Positions 1 through 12,698 are shown, numbered from the stretch's first letter. The stretch is DNA of 64,000 nucleotides from Octopus vulgaris (GCA_951406725.2 OX597817.1:63488001-63552000), one strand, 5' to 3'. The notes: generated from the sequence alone by a model not told the origin. Program-made: numbers and translations.

Positions 1-588
1 AGCAAACCAGTGGAGATTGTGGCTCGTTGATTTTTTTTGTTGTCACTTAAAGCATGCAGAACCCATGCACCATACTTTTGAACCTTTCCCATCGAGTGAA
101 GATGTTTCTCTATAGCAGTGTGGGAGCATTCTATTTTCTCTGCCAGTTCCCATGTCATTTGATGAGAATTTTAGTGCAAAATTTGGTTTAATTGCTCTTT
201 ATGGAACTCAACTGGACGACCAGAACGAGATGCGCTTTTGAAGTCAAAATTTCCATTTATGAACTTGGCGTACCAATCACGAGCGGTTTATTCAGCTATG
301 GCATCCTCTCCATACACAGCACAAATGTCGAGAGCAGCTTTTGTGGCCTTAGAACCTTGATTAAAAGCAAAAAGAAAGGGTTGTCGAAAATGCTCGATTT
401 TCTTAACTTGACATTCCATTTTAATGATCTGAAAATGAACAAAAATTAACTAAAATTAACTAGAAAAAAACGTAAAATAGATTCCAAAATGATTCAAAAA
501 TAGAATTTTCAAAACAAAAAAAAATAGATTCCAAAATTTAAAAACACAATAAATTCCAAAATTTTAAAAAACGGCGGAAACTTAGTTG

Positions 589-592
<4 letters not shown>
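1..592 (-). mobile_element. Mariner (mellifera/Famar1-like) 5' half with decayed transposase; runs off the window edge
   Basis: Minus strand from ATG at 419: MECQVKKIEHFR...ICAVYGEDA...WYAKF...SRSGRPVEF...KYGAWVLHAL, with stops. TIR remnant CGGCGGAAACTTAGTTGCCAA at 572-592 runs into (TA)n. Aligns by eye with 55664-56896. Confidence 0.9.
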
Positions 593-629
<37 letters not shown>

Positions 630-650
630 TCCTATATATATATATATATT

Positions 651-731
<81 letters not shown>

Positions 732-959
732 TATATATGTATATATATGTATATGTATATATATGTATATGTATATATTTATATATGTACACACACACAC
801 ACATATATATACATATATAAATCTATATATGTTTGCTTGTGCGCGTGTATGAAAGTGTGTGTGAGCGTGTGTTTTTGCGCTTTATCAAATACGTATTGGC
901 GTTCGAGCTAAATATAAGTTATGTATTATTTTTTTACATTCTCTTCTTTATGCTTATTC

Positions 960-1130
960 TATAACAATAACGTTGCTAAACCGATAAACGTATGGAAAAC
1001 ATTATCAAGCTCATCTCTAGAATGAAATTATTACATTGGCATTAGTTTTGTCACATTTCTGTAATAGACTGCCAGGAATCATGGCAATGATCTTGTAAGT
1101 AATAAAATCAACAGTTCTGGATTAATTTGT
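960..1130 (+). pseudogene. Decayed Fam20/four-jointed-like kinase fragment (N-lobe-like)
   Basis: VAKP (972-983), then after a frameshift NEIITLALVLSHFCNRLPGI (1021-1080). Resembles Fam20 'FKP...AEIAAFHLDRILDFRRVP'. By-eye only. Confidence 0.3.
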
Positions 1131-1235
1131 TTAAGTGTTAACTTTTTTCTTACTTTCGTTGCTTACGTTTGTTATATCGGTCTGCTTATTTTGGGCTTAC
1201 ACACACACAAGATATATATACATATATAATATATA

Positions 1236-1303
<68 letters not shown>

Positions 1304-1350
1304 TTTTAAATTAGAGATAAAACCACTATTAGGCAAAAAAAAAAAAAAAA

Positions 1351-1417
1351 TTTTTTTATTAAACCTTTAAAAAAATTTTAATTTAAAACAACGGCGGGAA
1401 CTTAGTTGCCAACCCAA
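1351..1417 (+). mobile_element. Solo 3' terminus of the same mariner family
   Basis: Reverse complement of 55664-55731; ends CGGCGGGAACTTAGTTGCCAACCCAA followed by TA. Confidence 0.85.
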
Positions 1418-1513
1418 TATATATATATATATATATGTATTATTTTAAAAAAAAGCTATATTTTAGCTTAAGCCGAAAAGATGTTTACTACCTGATAATA
1501 TATATATATATAT

Positions 1514-2137
1514 GATTTTGATTTTGATTTTGATTTTTCCAGTTTCAGCTAATGAGCTGTGGCCATGCTGGGGCGCCGCCATTTGGTTTGCTACACGATT
1601 TTACCTCACGGATGCTTTTTAGCAAACGCCATCTGATGCATGAGAGAGTTCGATGCAGCTGCCCTCATCTGCACCTCCTGCCGTGAAGTTGGTTCATCCG
1701 GGACATCTGACAGGAAGAGGTCCAGTCCTACTTTAAAGACATCCGCATCTACACCATGCAGGTTCCTTAGGTTCTTCGGGAGGATATTGAAGAGCCGTGG
1801 GCCTCTGAAGCCCAGGCTATCACAATATCTTGTCCTACATCTTGATGGCAAATTTGGAGTCCTTGGTACTACGCAGTGGCGTCCGGTTCTGGCATTTGTG
1901 TGACTCTCGATGCCAAAGTCTGGGACAAGACCTTCCAGGATCTTCCAGATATATATTTTGGCATATCTTTCTCGCCTACGCTCCAGGGGATAGAGCTTTA
2001 ATCTCTTGAGTCTTTCCCAGTAGCTCATATGCTGCACAGAGGCTATCTTCTTCGTGTAGCTTCGTTGGATCGCCTCAAGTTCTGTGATCAACTTGACACT
2101 GGATGGTGACCATAGCTGAGAGCAATAGCTGAGAGCA
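1514..2137 (-). mobile_element. 5'-truncated CR1/L2-type LINE: ORF2 C-terminus, 3' UTR and (AAAATC)n tail
   Basis: ORF 1606-2091 CSQLWSP..LEAIQRSYTK..SYWERLKRLKLYPLERRRER..RGPRLFNILP..FKVGLDLFL, a typical CR1/L2 ORF2 end. Tail (GATTTT)n at 1514-1537. 13-bp tandem duplication ATAGCTGAGAGCA at the truncation point (2112-2137). Confidence 0.85.
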
Positions 2138-2538
2138 TTATGTATATATATATATATTTATATATACATATACATAACATATTATGTATATATAATATAT
2201 ATAATGTATATAACATATATAATGTATATAATACGTTTATATATATATACATTATATACTATAGCTATATTTCAGGATGGTCATGTTTTTTCTTGCCAAA
2301 TAAACACGCGCAGTATATATTCGTTTTTCACTCGTTTATTTTTGTTCTTATTTCATCTTATCTCCATTGTCTGAAACTCTTTCCTCACACACCTGTGACC
2401 TCTTCACCGACCCTTCTATCTGACATGTCTCCTCCTGTTCTGTTTAGTTTGGCAAGGAATAAAAGTGATCATCCCGAAATATAACATGTTTCAACACACG
2501 ATTTCATAACAAGAATCTGGCAAAACAAATTCATAAAC

Positions 2539-2583
<45 letters not shown>

Positions 2584-2670
2584 GTTTATATATTTGTTGT
2601 GCAAGATATTTTATGTGAAGTCGTGTGTTGAAACAGATATTGTTATATTCCGGAATGGTTATTTTGCCAG

Positions 2671-3004
2671 TTTAGCCAATAAAAACACACGCACTATATA
2701 TTTGGTGTTATTTTGCTTCAGTGTTATTTATTTTTTACATTAATCTTAATCTTATTTCGGCCAGAGTTCTTTCGTCACACTCCTGTGACCGCATCAGTGG
2801 TCCTTTGTTTTCTTCTTTCTTATTTGTGTCTCTCCTTATTAACCGTCACAAATAAGAAAGAAGAAAACAAAGGACCACTGATGCGGTCACAGGAGTGTGA
2901 CGAAAGAACTCTGGCCGAAATAAGATTAAGATTAATGTAAAAAATAAATAACACTGAAGCAAAATAACACCAAATATATAGTGCGTGTGTTTTTATTGGC
3001 TAAA
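2671..3004. repeat. Perfect 158-bp inverted repeat (18-bp spacer), Penelope-like terminal sequence with a hammerhead-like motif in each arm
   Basis: 2671-2828 is the reverse complement of 2847-3004. Motif CCA-CTGATGCG-GTCAC-AGGAGT-GTGAC-GAAAGAACTC-TGG at about 2875-2914. A diverged relative lies at about 2270-2420. Confidence 0.85.
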
Positions 3005-3151
3005 TCGTATATCGAGGCAATACATACATAGATACATAGATACATAGATACATACATACACACACACATACATACATGCATGCATGCATACATACATACG
3101 TACATACGTACATACACACATACATACATATATACATACATACATACACAC

Positions 3152-3197
<46 letters not shown>

Positions 3198-3246
3198 TTA
3201 TCGGAGATTTGAACTGATAGCACTTGTATGTGCAAGTTGTTTGCAA

Positions 3247-3284
<38 letters not shown>

Positions 3285-3324
3285 CATACATTACGGAGTG
3301 GGAGCGCTAAGCAGTGATAAATGA

Positions 3325-3664
3325 AATTGCAGTGTTATTATCAGTCCGAATATACTTGATGCACGTTTGAACTGGGGAAAAAGCTACTCACTGCGTTTTG
3401 TTACGGAGAATATATCTCGTTTGTTGACAAATGGCGTGTGTACATCTAGATCACCGTACACTGACTGGAAAAGCATCAGTGTCGTCTGTGACCGATGAGG
3501 AGACAACTACTCCGAAATGTTAACATCTCACAGCTTAGGTAGGTGGCGCTGCGAGTTGATCTAAGTGTATGCACACCATTTGTCAACAAGCGAGATATAT
3601 TCTCCATACCAAAACGCAGGGAGTAGCTTGTTCCCCAGTTCGGACTGATAATAACATTGTAATT
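3325..3664. repeat. Imperfect foldback element with a hammerhead-like motif in the spacer
   Basis: Arms at about 3325-3455 and 3556-3664 are complementary. Spacer holds CTGTGA-CCGATGA-GGAG-ACAACTA-CTCC-GAAATGTT...TCACAG (3486-3533). Confidence 0.75.
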
Positions 3665-3874
3665 GTCATTTGACTGTGGCCATGCTGGAGAACCGCCTTT
3701 AGTCGAGCAAATCGACCCCAGGACTTATTCTTTGTAAGCCCAGTACTTATTCTATCGGTCACTTTTGCTGAACTGCTAAGTTACGGGGACGAAAACACAC
3801 CAGTATCGGTTGTCAAGTGAATTTGGGGGGAAAAACAGAGACACACAAACATCTACACACACACACACACACAT

Positions 3875-3928
<54 letters not shown>

Positions 3929-4089
3929 GACGGGGTTCTTTCAGTTTCCGTCTACTAAATCCACTCACAGGGCCTTGGTCGGCCCGAGGCTAAAGTAGAA
4001 GACACCTGCCCAAGGTGCCACGCAGTGGGAGTGAACCCGGAACCATCTGGTTGGTAAGCAAGCTATTTACCACACAGCCATTCCTACGC

Positions 4090-4091
<2 letters not shown>
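3665..4091 (-). mobile_element. tRNA-derived SINE family A (internal CA/TA microsatellite)
   Basis: Minus-strand head AGGCGTAGGAATGGCTGTGTGGT (box A-like) and GGTTCCGGGTTCACTCC (box B-like). 3' end CCAGCATGGCCACAGTCAAATGAC. Several copies in the window. Confidence 0.85.
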
Positions 4092-4159
<68 letters not shown>

Positions 4160-4205
4160 TTATTTAAATATAAATGTTGAGTATATATTTATAAATATTT
4201 CAAAT

Positions 4206-4500
4206 GGTGCGTAGCCTTGTAGTTAGGGCGTTGCATTCACAATGGAAAAAGTTTTGTTCCGATTCCCAAAGCGGAAATGCATTGTGTTCTTGGACAAAAT
4301 ACTATATTTCACGATGCTCCGTCTACTCGGCTGTAATTAGGTGACCCTGCGACGGATTGGCCTTCGTTCATGGGAAATGTTTGCCTGCTTGCCCAGCTAG
4401 TGGAATGTCAGTATTCGAAAGCTACCACAACACGAAGAAGCGCTTTAGGACAAATGGTGTTTAACAACATTTGGTGTTTAGCATCGTCCGATAGTCTGTT
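4206..4500 (+). mobile_element. Diverged tRNA-derived SINE (family C-like head)
   Basis: TAGCCTTGTAGTTAGG...GTTCCGATTCC head; similar to 53618-53865 and 44835-45160. Confidence 0.55.
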
Positions 4501-4569
4501 CGACAGTAATTTAGAGATATATAAATATATGAAAACAAATTTTTTAGACCTAATCTAATGTTTTTTTTT

Positions 4570-4920
4570 TTTGCATTTTATATTGGATGCTATTATTTTC
4601 CTAATTTTGTTTCCAATATATTGTAAGCCACTGTGATGGCTATTATTCTAAATGCAAGGCTAACGGACGAGAAAGAATTCTATTTGCTTGTCCTGTGAGT
4701 CATGAAGTTTCCAACATTCATGTTTGCATTGTAATTTGTATATTCTGTGGCTTGAAAGGCTTGTGATTTCGTATCAGTGAGGATTTCAATTCTGCAGACT
4801 TGTAGATCATTGTTTCGTTCCTTCACCATGTATTTACAACAAGAAACGATTGCAGCACATTAAAATACACAAATGGAACTTGACAGAAGCTAGGTAGTAA
4901 AATCTTTAGTTGAAAACGCT
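4570..4920 (+). pseudogene. Decayed Fam20-like kinase fragment (C-lobe-like)
   Basis: ILDAIIF/NFVSN from 4580 and MELDRS*VVKSLVEN (4873-4917) resemble Fam20 'IIDTAVFDYLIGN' and 'EALDRRLRVV'. May be the same gene as 960-1130, split by TEs. Confidence 0.3.
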
Positions 4921-5138
4921 GACATATTATTCTTTATTATGTAACTAGTTTCATTCACTGGATTGTGGTTATACTGGGGTATCGTCTGTAAGGGTTTAGT
5001 CGATTAAATTGACTTCAGAACTTTTTCCTAATTTGGTACTTAATTTACTGGGTTCTTTTGCAAGGACCTGAACAGTAAGCGTCGGCAACAAACACAATGA
5101 CTCTCACATACATACATACATACATACATACATACATA

Positions 5139-6222
5139 AATCAGTCGAAAGACTCTACCGCAACATACCATCAGATGAAAGGATGAGCCTATATGAGCAG
5201 AGGACTATGCATGGATATGTTGCAAGAAAGCGCCGTGGTGATAGTAACATCGATCATCAAAGCAGTTTATCGTGGACGAATAACCGGATTACTACCTCCC
5301 ACTTTGAAGAGTATGCGTTTGCAATCCAGGAACAGGAAGCATCGAAAGAAATAGAGATGCAGTAAAAGCTGTGATATGTGACAACCGATGCAGACTTTGT
5401 AGAGTTCACACTAAAGATATCATCCACATCATAAGCAGTTGTCCGAGAATGTCATCACGGTATTATTTACCGATGAGACATGACGTTGTCGGTAGGACAC
5501 ACTATAATGAAATCCGTCGGAAGGATAATCCTGAGGACAAAGAAATAAAAACCCACAATAAGGTAGAAGCCATAACCACTCATAATAAATTAGAAATACT
5601 GGTGAAGACCTCAATAAAATGTAAGCAGAACAGACCTGATATAATGATTTGGGAGAGAGAAGAGAAACTGCACGGTTGTGGAAATTAGGTGCCCAGCAGA
5701 TGTTAACACAAAGCTGGAGATCAGTGAAAAAGAGAACACCTATGCTGAACTATTGAGGAATTTGCAGTTACTCTATCCAGCTTATCAGTTCTGGTTTATA
5801 CATGTAATTATTGGGGCCCTGGGATATGCAACATACAGCCTAAATATCAGTCTTGAGAAATTAGGCTTCTCAAAACCAGAAAGCTAATTCGAAAACTACA
5901 GATTCAATCCAACGCTGGAACTGTAATAATCTGTGAAACTTCCCATAAGTTTATCATCTAAATATATATGAGCATGTCTAGATATGTAACTATATGCATG
6001 AGAATACATACATAAAACATACAAATCTGCACATACATACCTACATACATACATACATACATACATACATACATACATACATACATACATACATACATAC
6101 ATACATACAAATAAAAATATCCTGTTGTTAATGTTAAAATTCCAATGAAGGAATCTTGGATCTAGGTTAGAAACCGACTCATTCTCTATTGCCAAGAAAT
6201 CTTGAAATAAACTGAATAATGA
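5139..6222 (+). mobile_element. 5'-truncated RLE-type (Dong/R4-like) non-LTR retrotransposon embedded in (CATA)n
   Basis: FAIQEQE, CCHC knuckle CRLC..IIHIISSC, RHD, and RPDIM..VEIRCP (PD-D/ExK endonuclease), IIGALG; frameshifted. (CATA)n on both flanks; ends AAACTGAATAATGA. Confidence 0.85.
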
Positions 6223-6760
6223 CATACATACACACACGTACATACATTCATACATGCACACACACACATTCATACATGCACAAGCACACACATTCATACA
6301 TGTACACACACACACACACGCACACACACACACACACATACACACACACACACAAACAGACAGATAAAAATATGCAAAGTGTTAAAAACTAAATTATTCC
6401 AGAATTTGTTGTGAAAAAAAACCCAAAAAAACTCCGTGTGTGGGTGGATGAGTTTCAGAAAATTCACAAGGGTCGGTTTTCTTTCCTTATAACTTTCGGG
6501 AAATAGATATATTAAAATGAAATTTTCTACAAATACTTTCCAAAGTGTTTAAATTATGATTATATCAGAATTGGATGTGAAAAGAAAAAAACAGCGAGCA
6601 CGCACACAAGATCACAATTTTTTCGAAATTTCAAGTTTTATTTTGTAGATATATGATGTGTGTCAGTATACATGTATATTAGCCAACCGATTTTCTTCTA
6701 TATAAAATTCCTATATATTCTTCATTTATACACTCTGAAACGTATTTGTAGAAGAGTTAT

Positions 6761-6972
6761 TCTTTTACTCTTTTACTTGTTTCAGTCATTTGACTGCGGC
6801 CATGCTGGAGCACCGCCTTTAGTTGAGCAAATCGACCCCAGGACTTATTCTTTGTAAGCCTAGTACTTATTCTATCGGTATCTTTTGCCGAACTGCTAAG
6901 TTACGGGGACGTAAACACATCAACATCAGTTGTCAAGCGATGTTGGGGGAACAAACACAGACACACAAACAT

Positions 6973-7037
<65 letters not shown>

Positions 7038-7404
7038 TATATGACGGGCTTCTTTCAGTTTCCGTCTACCAAATCCACTCACAAGGCTTTGGTCGGTCCG
7101 AGGCTATAGCAGAAGACACTTGCCCAAGGTGCCACGCAGTGGGACTGAACCCGGAACCATGTGGTTGGTAAGCAAGCTACATACCACACAGCCACGTTTG
7201 TGCCTTTGTGTTTGTCCCCTCCCAACATTCTTTGACAACCGTTGCTGGTATGTTTACGTCCCCGTAACTTAGCTGTTCGGCTAAAGACACCGATAGAATA
7301 AGTACTAGGCTTACAAATAAGTTCTGGGGTCGATTTTCTCGACTAAAGGCGGTGCTCCAGCATGGCCACAGTCAAATGACAGAAACAAATAAAAGAGTAA
7401 AAGA

Positions 7405-7405
<1 letters not shown>
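6761..7405. mobile_element. SINE family A copy (-, 6761-7195) abutting an inverted 3'-half copy (+, 7196-7405)
   Basis: Both align with 45414-45820. The two 3' halves form an inverted repeat. Confidence 0.85.
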
Positions 7406-7450
<45 letters not shown>

Positions 7451-7666
7451 AGAGAGAGAGAGACAGAGAGAGAGAGACAGAGAGAGAAAGAGAGAGAAAG
7501 AGAGAGGGAGACGGGTAATTTTATACAGGTGAAATAATACATATATTAACGGGAAAAAACAGATTTGTCTTTAGATTGAACAATCTGTACTAAATGTGTA
7601 TTGAGTTATACATACATACGTTCATTTACCCATATGTATGCGTGTGTGTATGTTCGTATGTGCGTG

Positions 7667-7756
<90 letters not shown>

Positions 7757-8099
7757 ACCTGAATTATTTCTGAATAATTATCTCTAAATAATTTCAATTG
7801 TTGTTCGAAAATAAATCTAGAATTTGACACGTAAGCTTGAAGGGATTGTTCTTCACTGGGGAATTAACAATTATTTCTATTAGAGGTAAGGACTCAAAGT
7901 TTGGGTGAAGTAGAACTCGCATAATTCGAAGGCAATTCTTGAATGTTAATTATTTTATTGGCTCAAGACTATTGATTTCAGTGGGGATTAAATCAGAATG
8001 TAAAGAGCTTTTCTCCTATTTGCAAGGACAAAGAAAATGGTTTTACTCATTGATAATACTATTTTCCCTACAACTGTGTATTTATTTCTAGTTAATGTT

Positions 8100-8720
8100 T
8101 TACATCTCAGTGCATTAAATATGTTGACGACAGCTGATCTATGTTACTTTGAAACTTATATAATTTATTTAAAACACGCTAAAATATGTCTCACTTTCTT
8201 TTGCTTTTTCTTCTTATAACGTTGAGTAATTGAATTCCATTGCTCATTGATAGTCTTTCATACCTGTAAATCTAATTTCACTTAGAATTTGTGTTGGTAG
8301 TTACAGAATAATATATGAATAGTCATATTTTTACTTCCATTTATCCTGTGTAATAAGAGGCTGACTGAGAATATTATTTCGTTAAATTACCTGACGATAA
8401 GTAAAAAAATTGTGAGGGAATGACTTGGCGACTTGAAAGATGGTTATAACAAACGTGATAAGTTCTTTGAGCAATTTGGATGCCTTCTTCTTTTTAGAGA
8501 AAATCGAATGTCTTCTTTGACAACTAAGTACTGGAAATGATATACTGTGCAATATCTGACTTTTATGTTAGCAATTATAACACTCGCAAAATGTACGACA
8601 ACCGTAGAATGTTGTTCCTGCCATCTTATGATTTAAAGTTATTCAGCCAGTTATAACAAAGAAGATAGATACTGAGTTACAGGATAGATCCGTTAATTTT
8701 GGCATACTTAAATAACCAAG
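8100..8720 (+). pseudogene. Decayed Fam20-like kinase paralog
   Basis: Nucleotide similarity to 13800-14300(-) and 29930-30490(-). Encodes LEMIYCAISDFYVSNY (8531-8578), compared with Fam20 'LDxxDxxIFDFLxGN'. Many stops and frameshifts. Confidence 0.5.
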
Positions 8721-8861
8721 CAAAAGGCACAACAAATTTTTTTTAAAAATGTTTTTGGTCATGAAGAAAAATATTAAGAAAACCTAGTTAGACTGATGAA
8801 TTCAAACTGATTTACATAATTAGTATATATTTCATACTCGTGCTTTTTATTTTTTGTGGGG

Positions 8862-9060
8862 AGGCGGTGAGCTGCCAAAGTCGTTAGCATGCTGGAGAAA
8901 ATGCTTAACGTATTTCCCCCCGTCGTTATGTTCTCAGTTAAAATTCCGCAGAGGTTGACTTTGATTTTCATCATTTCGGATTCGATAAAATGAGTACCAG
9001 TTGAGCACTGGGGTCGATGTAATTGACTACCCACTTCCCCCGAAATTTCAGGCCTTGTGA
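8862..9060 (+). mobile_element. SINE family B
   Basis: AGGCGGTGAGCTG...GAGGTTGACTTTG...GGGGTCGATGTAAT...AAATTTCAGGCCTTGTG; matches 15473-15688 and 27912-28130. Confidence 0.8.
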
Positions 9061-9530
9061 TTATTCTTTTAGGTACAACTATATGTTACTCAATTCAAAG
9101 TATATGCACTCTAGCCTTAAGAAATATTTCTGTTTAAAATACCTATAACCACATATATTTAGATGCATATATGTATGTATAAAACAAATATGCCTACAAA
9201 CATGCACGCGCGTGCGCACACATATAGACACACACACACAAACACAGAGGTTAGTATTAGAATTAATTAGAATCTAGTTACATCAACGTGTAGGACGCTA
9301 GGACGGAATAGGTACCATAACATTGATTTCATACCGAGGTAAAAACAACCATACAGTGTCATGTAATGCTAGTGTACTGGAGGTCTCGTTCAATTTCCCT
9401 CAATTGATCAATAGACCAACTGAGTAAACCTATGAGTAATGTACCTATAATGACTACTGGAAACAGCTGTAAGCCAAATTTGCTCCAATAAAGGAAGCAC
9501 ATGTAATGACCATTATTTTAAACTCGTTTC

Positions 9531-9604
<74 letters not shown>

Positions 9605-9622
9605 GTATTTATATATATACAT

Positions 9623-9685
<63 letters not shown>

Positions 9686-9926
9686 ATAATATTAGGGAGT
9701 ATAACTCCAAACTTATAGGGAAAAATTCAATTTAGTATTAAATCAAATATCACAATATATATATATAAATTAGTAGTCTATTTACTAATTATATACTGTT
9801 TATTTATTATCATGTACTTTTTGTGATCTAGATAAATGTTTTATCATATATTTTATTTTTTCTATATGATATGATTTACGTCTATCATTGTTTGAATTAC
9901 ATAATAGTGGTTTTTCCTAAAATATA

Positions 9927-9974
<48 letters not shown>

Positions 9975-9996
9975 AGGGGGAAGTTTCTCTAAAATA

Positions 9997-10051
<55 letters not shown>

Positions 10052-10054
<3 letters not shown>

Positions 10055-10300
10055 GGGAAGCTTTATGAAAATAGACAAAAGATGAAGGCAGGTTTAGGGA
10101 AATAAACAAAAGACGAAGGCAGGTGGCATACAACCAAACAATTGTATTAGTATGGCGCTCAGGAAATATAAATAAAACAAGTCTTTAACGTTTCGAGCCT
10201 ACGTTCTTCAACAGAAAGATACACAGAGAAGAAACACAGAAAGAAGGAGAAAAAAAAATGCGTGCAGAGGCTAGCGAATCAACATGGCGATCTGATTTCG
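10052..10300 (-). mobile_element. Penelope-like terminal fragment with hammerhead-like motif (10182-10219)
   Basis: Minus: TCTTT-CTGTTGAA-GAAC-GTAG-GCTC-GAAACGTT-AAAGA, followed by the conserved tail CCTGAGCG..TACTAATACA..CACCTGCCTTCGTCTTTTG next to (TA)n. Confidence 0.65.
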
Positions 10301-10895
10301 GCCAGAAGTCAAAGATCAAACGTGAGACGCAAGAGCGAAATAAGGGAAGATAATAGGGTTAAATGACCTCGCTCCAACATAAGAGTGTGTGTATGAGAAG
10401 AGTTTGTGTGTGTGTATGAGAGAGTATTAGTGCGTATGAGAGGTCTGGACGTGTGTATGTATATATGATGTGATGTGTAAAGTCGTATGGTGTAGTGTAG
10501 AGAGAGGAGATGAGGGAAGAGGGGGGAGGTAAGGGGGGAGGGTGGAGAAAGAAAGGGGAGAAGAGGGGAGAAGGAAAGGGGAGAAGAGGAGGAAGGAGAG
10601 GAGAGAAGGTTAGTTCTACGTGTGGCATAGGCATAAAAGAAGAGCACAAATAGGGTTTAAAATTTACTACACCTATTTCGGTAACATTTTATTTATGCAT
10701 TCATAGATTGCATACTAGAATAAATTCAGCATGCTCAGGTAAATTTTTAAATGCCTATAAAACAGTAAGGTCAAACATTGCAGCTGACCTACTCACCAAC
10801 TAAAAGTAACGAACAAGTCATGATGTAATTTTGAATGCATTAATAAATTGCTACCGAAACAGCTGTAGTCAATTTCAACTCTATATGTGTTTTTC

Positions 10896-10970
<75 letters not shown>

Positions 10971-11524
10971 CCAATTTATCTATCTATCTATCTATACACA
11001 CACACACACACATACATACTCACACACGCACACACATATATATATATATAAATATATGCATGTGTGTCAATATTCTACTCGCTATTATTTATAGTTTTAT
11101 CTGCTTTGAATTCCATCCTCAAAAATATTTTACTTCATTCCTCTCGAAGTTTCTAAATTTCTTAATATGTGTGTGTATGTATTATGTATGGATGTATGTG
11201 TGTGTGTATATATATATACATGTATGTATATATGTGTGTGTGTATATATATATATTTCTGTGTGAATTAGAGGTTGAAAAACCAACTAAGGGAAAGTACC
11301 TATCGAATATACTGCTGGTAGTGCACCCAATTATTTATAGTCAAGTGCTAGTTATTGCATGACAATCTCGCAATTGAATATTATATATGGGCGGAGGCAA
11401 AAAAGTGATTTACCTATGATTTATACGGCAAATAAGAAAACGGAGAGGATTTAAATCGACAGGCATCAACCGGTAAACATTCAACTATGTGTAGTTATTT
11501 AATTGTATATATATATATATATTG

Positions 11525-11730
11525 TTCAAATTTACAAAAAACAAAAGGCAAAGACAGGCGTAGGAACAACAAGCAGGTGTATTAGTCTAACGCTCGGGGA
11601 GAATGGAGAAGTGTTTTATGTTTTGAGCCTACGCTCTTCGACAGACATGATTAAGAGGGAAAAAAGGAGAGAATCAAAAAATCGGAGGGAACAAAAACTT
11701 TTCTGTAGGGATTAAGGGTTCAACATGAAA
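11525..11730 (-). mobile_element. Penelope-like terminal fragment (same family; GAAA mutated)
   Basis: Minus: CTGTCGAAGAGCGTAGGCTCAAAAC; same tail as 10052-10300. Confidence 0.6.
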
Positions 11731-11871
11731 TAGCCAAAACAAGGCTATTTCATGTTGTATGTGAGAAGGGTGTGTGTGAGTGTGTTTGTATGAATAGGTG
11801 TGTGAATATGTATGTGTGTGTGGCTAAGCTGAAAAATAATACACATACACGCACACACATATGTATATATA

Positions 11872-12134
11872 CAGGGGCGTAGCTAGGGTTAATGACGTCC
11901 AGGGCAAGCATCAAAATTACCCCCACCCCCCCAAAAAAGTGGAAACTTCCATAGAAAAGTGAATAACTGGTTTTGAAAATTTGTATGGCGATAAGCAAAA
12001 CAAACCATGCCTGGAAAGGTTTTAATATTTTTTCTGATGGCTTGATTAGAAAATTATTTTGGCCAGAATGGCGGCCCCCTCAAAGTGGCGCCCAGGGCAT
12101 ATGCCCTAATTGTCTCACCCTAGCTACGCCCCTG
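11872..12134. mobile_element. MITE with CAGGGGCGTAGCTAGGGT TIRs (hAT-like ends)
   Basis: 18-bp perfect terminal inverted repeats, no coding capacity, inserted in a TA/TATG microsatellite (TSD ambiguous). Confidence 0.8.
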
Positions 12135-12325
12135 TATGTATGTATGTATGTATGTATGTATGTATGTATGTATGTATGTATGTATGTATGTATGCGTGTA
12201 TATATGATAATAATAATAATAATAACGGGTAAAATTAATTAATTGATTAATAATTAATAATTCCACCAAGTAGTGATTCGTTATGTAAAAGACCATTATC
12301 GGTAAACTTAAACAATATTTATTAT

Positions 12326-12611
12326 AATAAGGGTTAGGCAAAAGAATTTGCTTCACCACACACCGAACTTTAGAAATAGCAGCCAAAGAATCTAGCTATT
12401 TCTTCTACTGTAAGAAACAACTCCAAGACAATATATGCTCAAATAATAAAAAACAATATATACTCAAATAATACTCTCTGCCTACGTGATATGTTTTTGA
12501 GTATATATTGTCTGGGAGTTGTTTCTTACAGTAGAAGAAATAGCTATTTTCTTTGGCTGTTATTTCTAAAGTTCGGTGTGTGGTGAAGCAAATTCTTTTG
12601 CCTAACCCTTA

Positions 12612-12613
<2 letters not shown>
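12326..12613. repeat. Near-perfect ~118-bp inverted repeat (foldback)
   Basis: 12326-12443 is complementary to 12496-12613 with few mismatches; the right arm runs into (TA)n. Confidence 0.85.
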
Positions 12614-12679
<66 letters not shown>

Positions 12680-12698
12680 TTTCCTTTTTTTTTCTTTT

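Noticed and set aside
572-1417. Composite transposon bounded by the two mariner TIRs
   Set aside because: Both TIRs point the same way, so they cannot act as a pair of ends.
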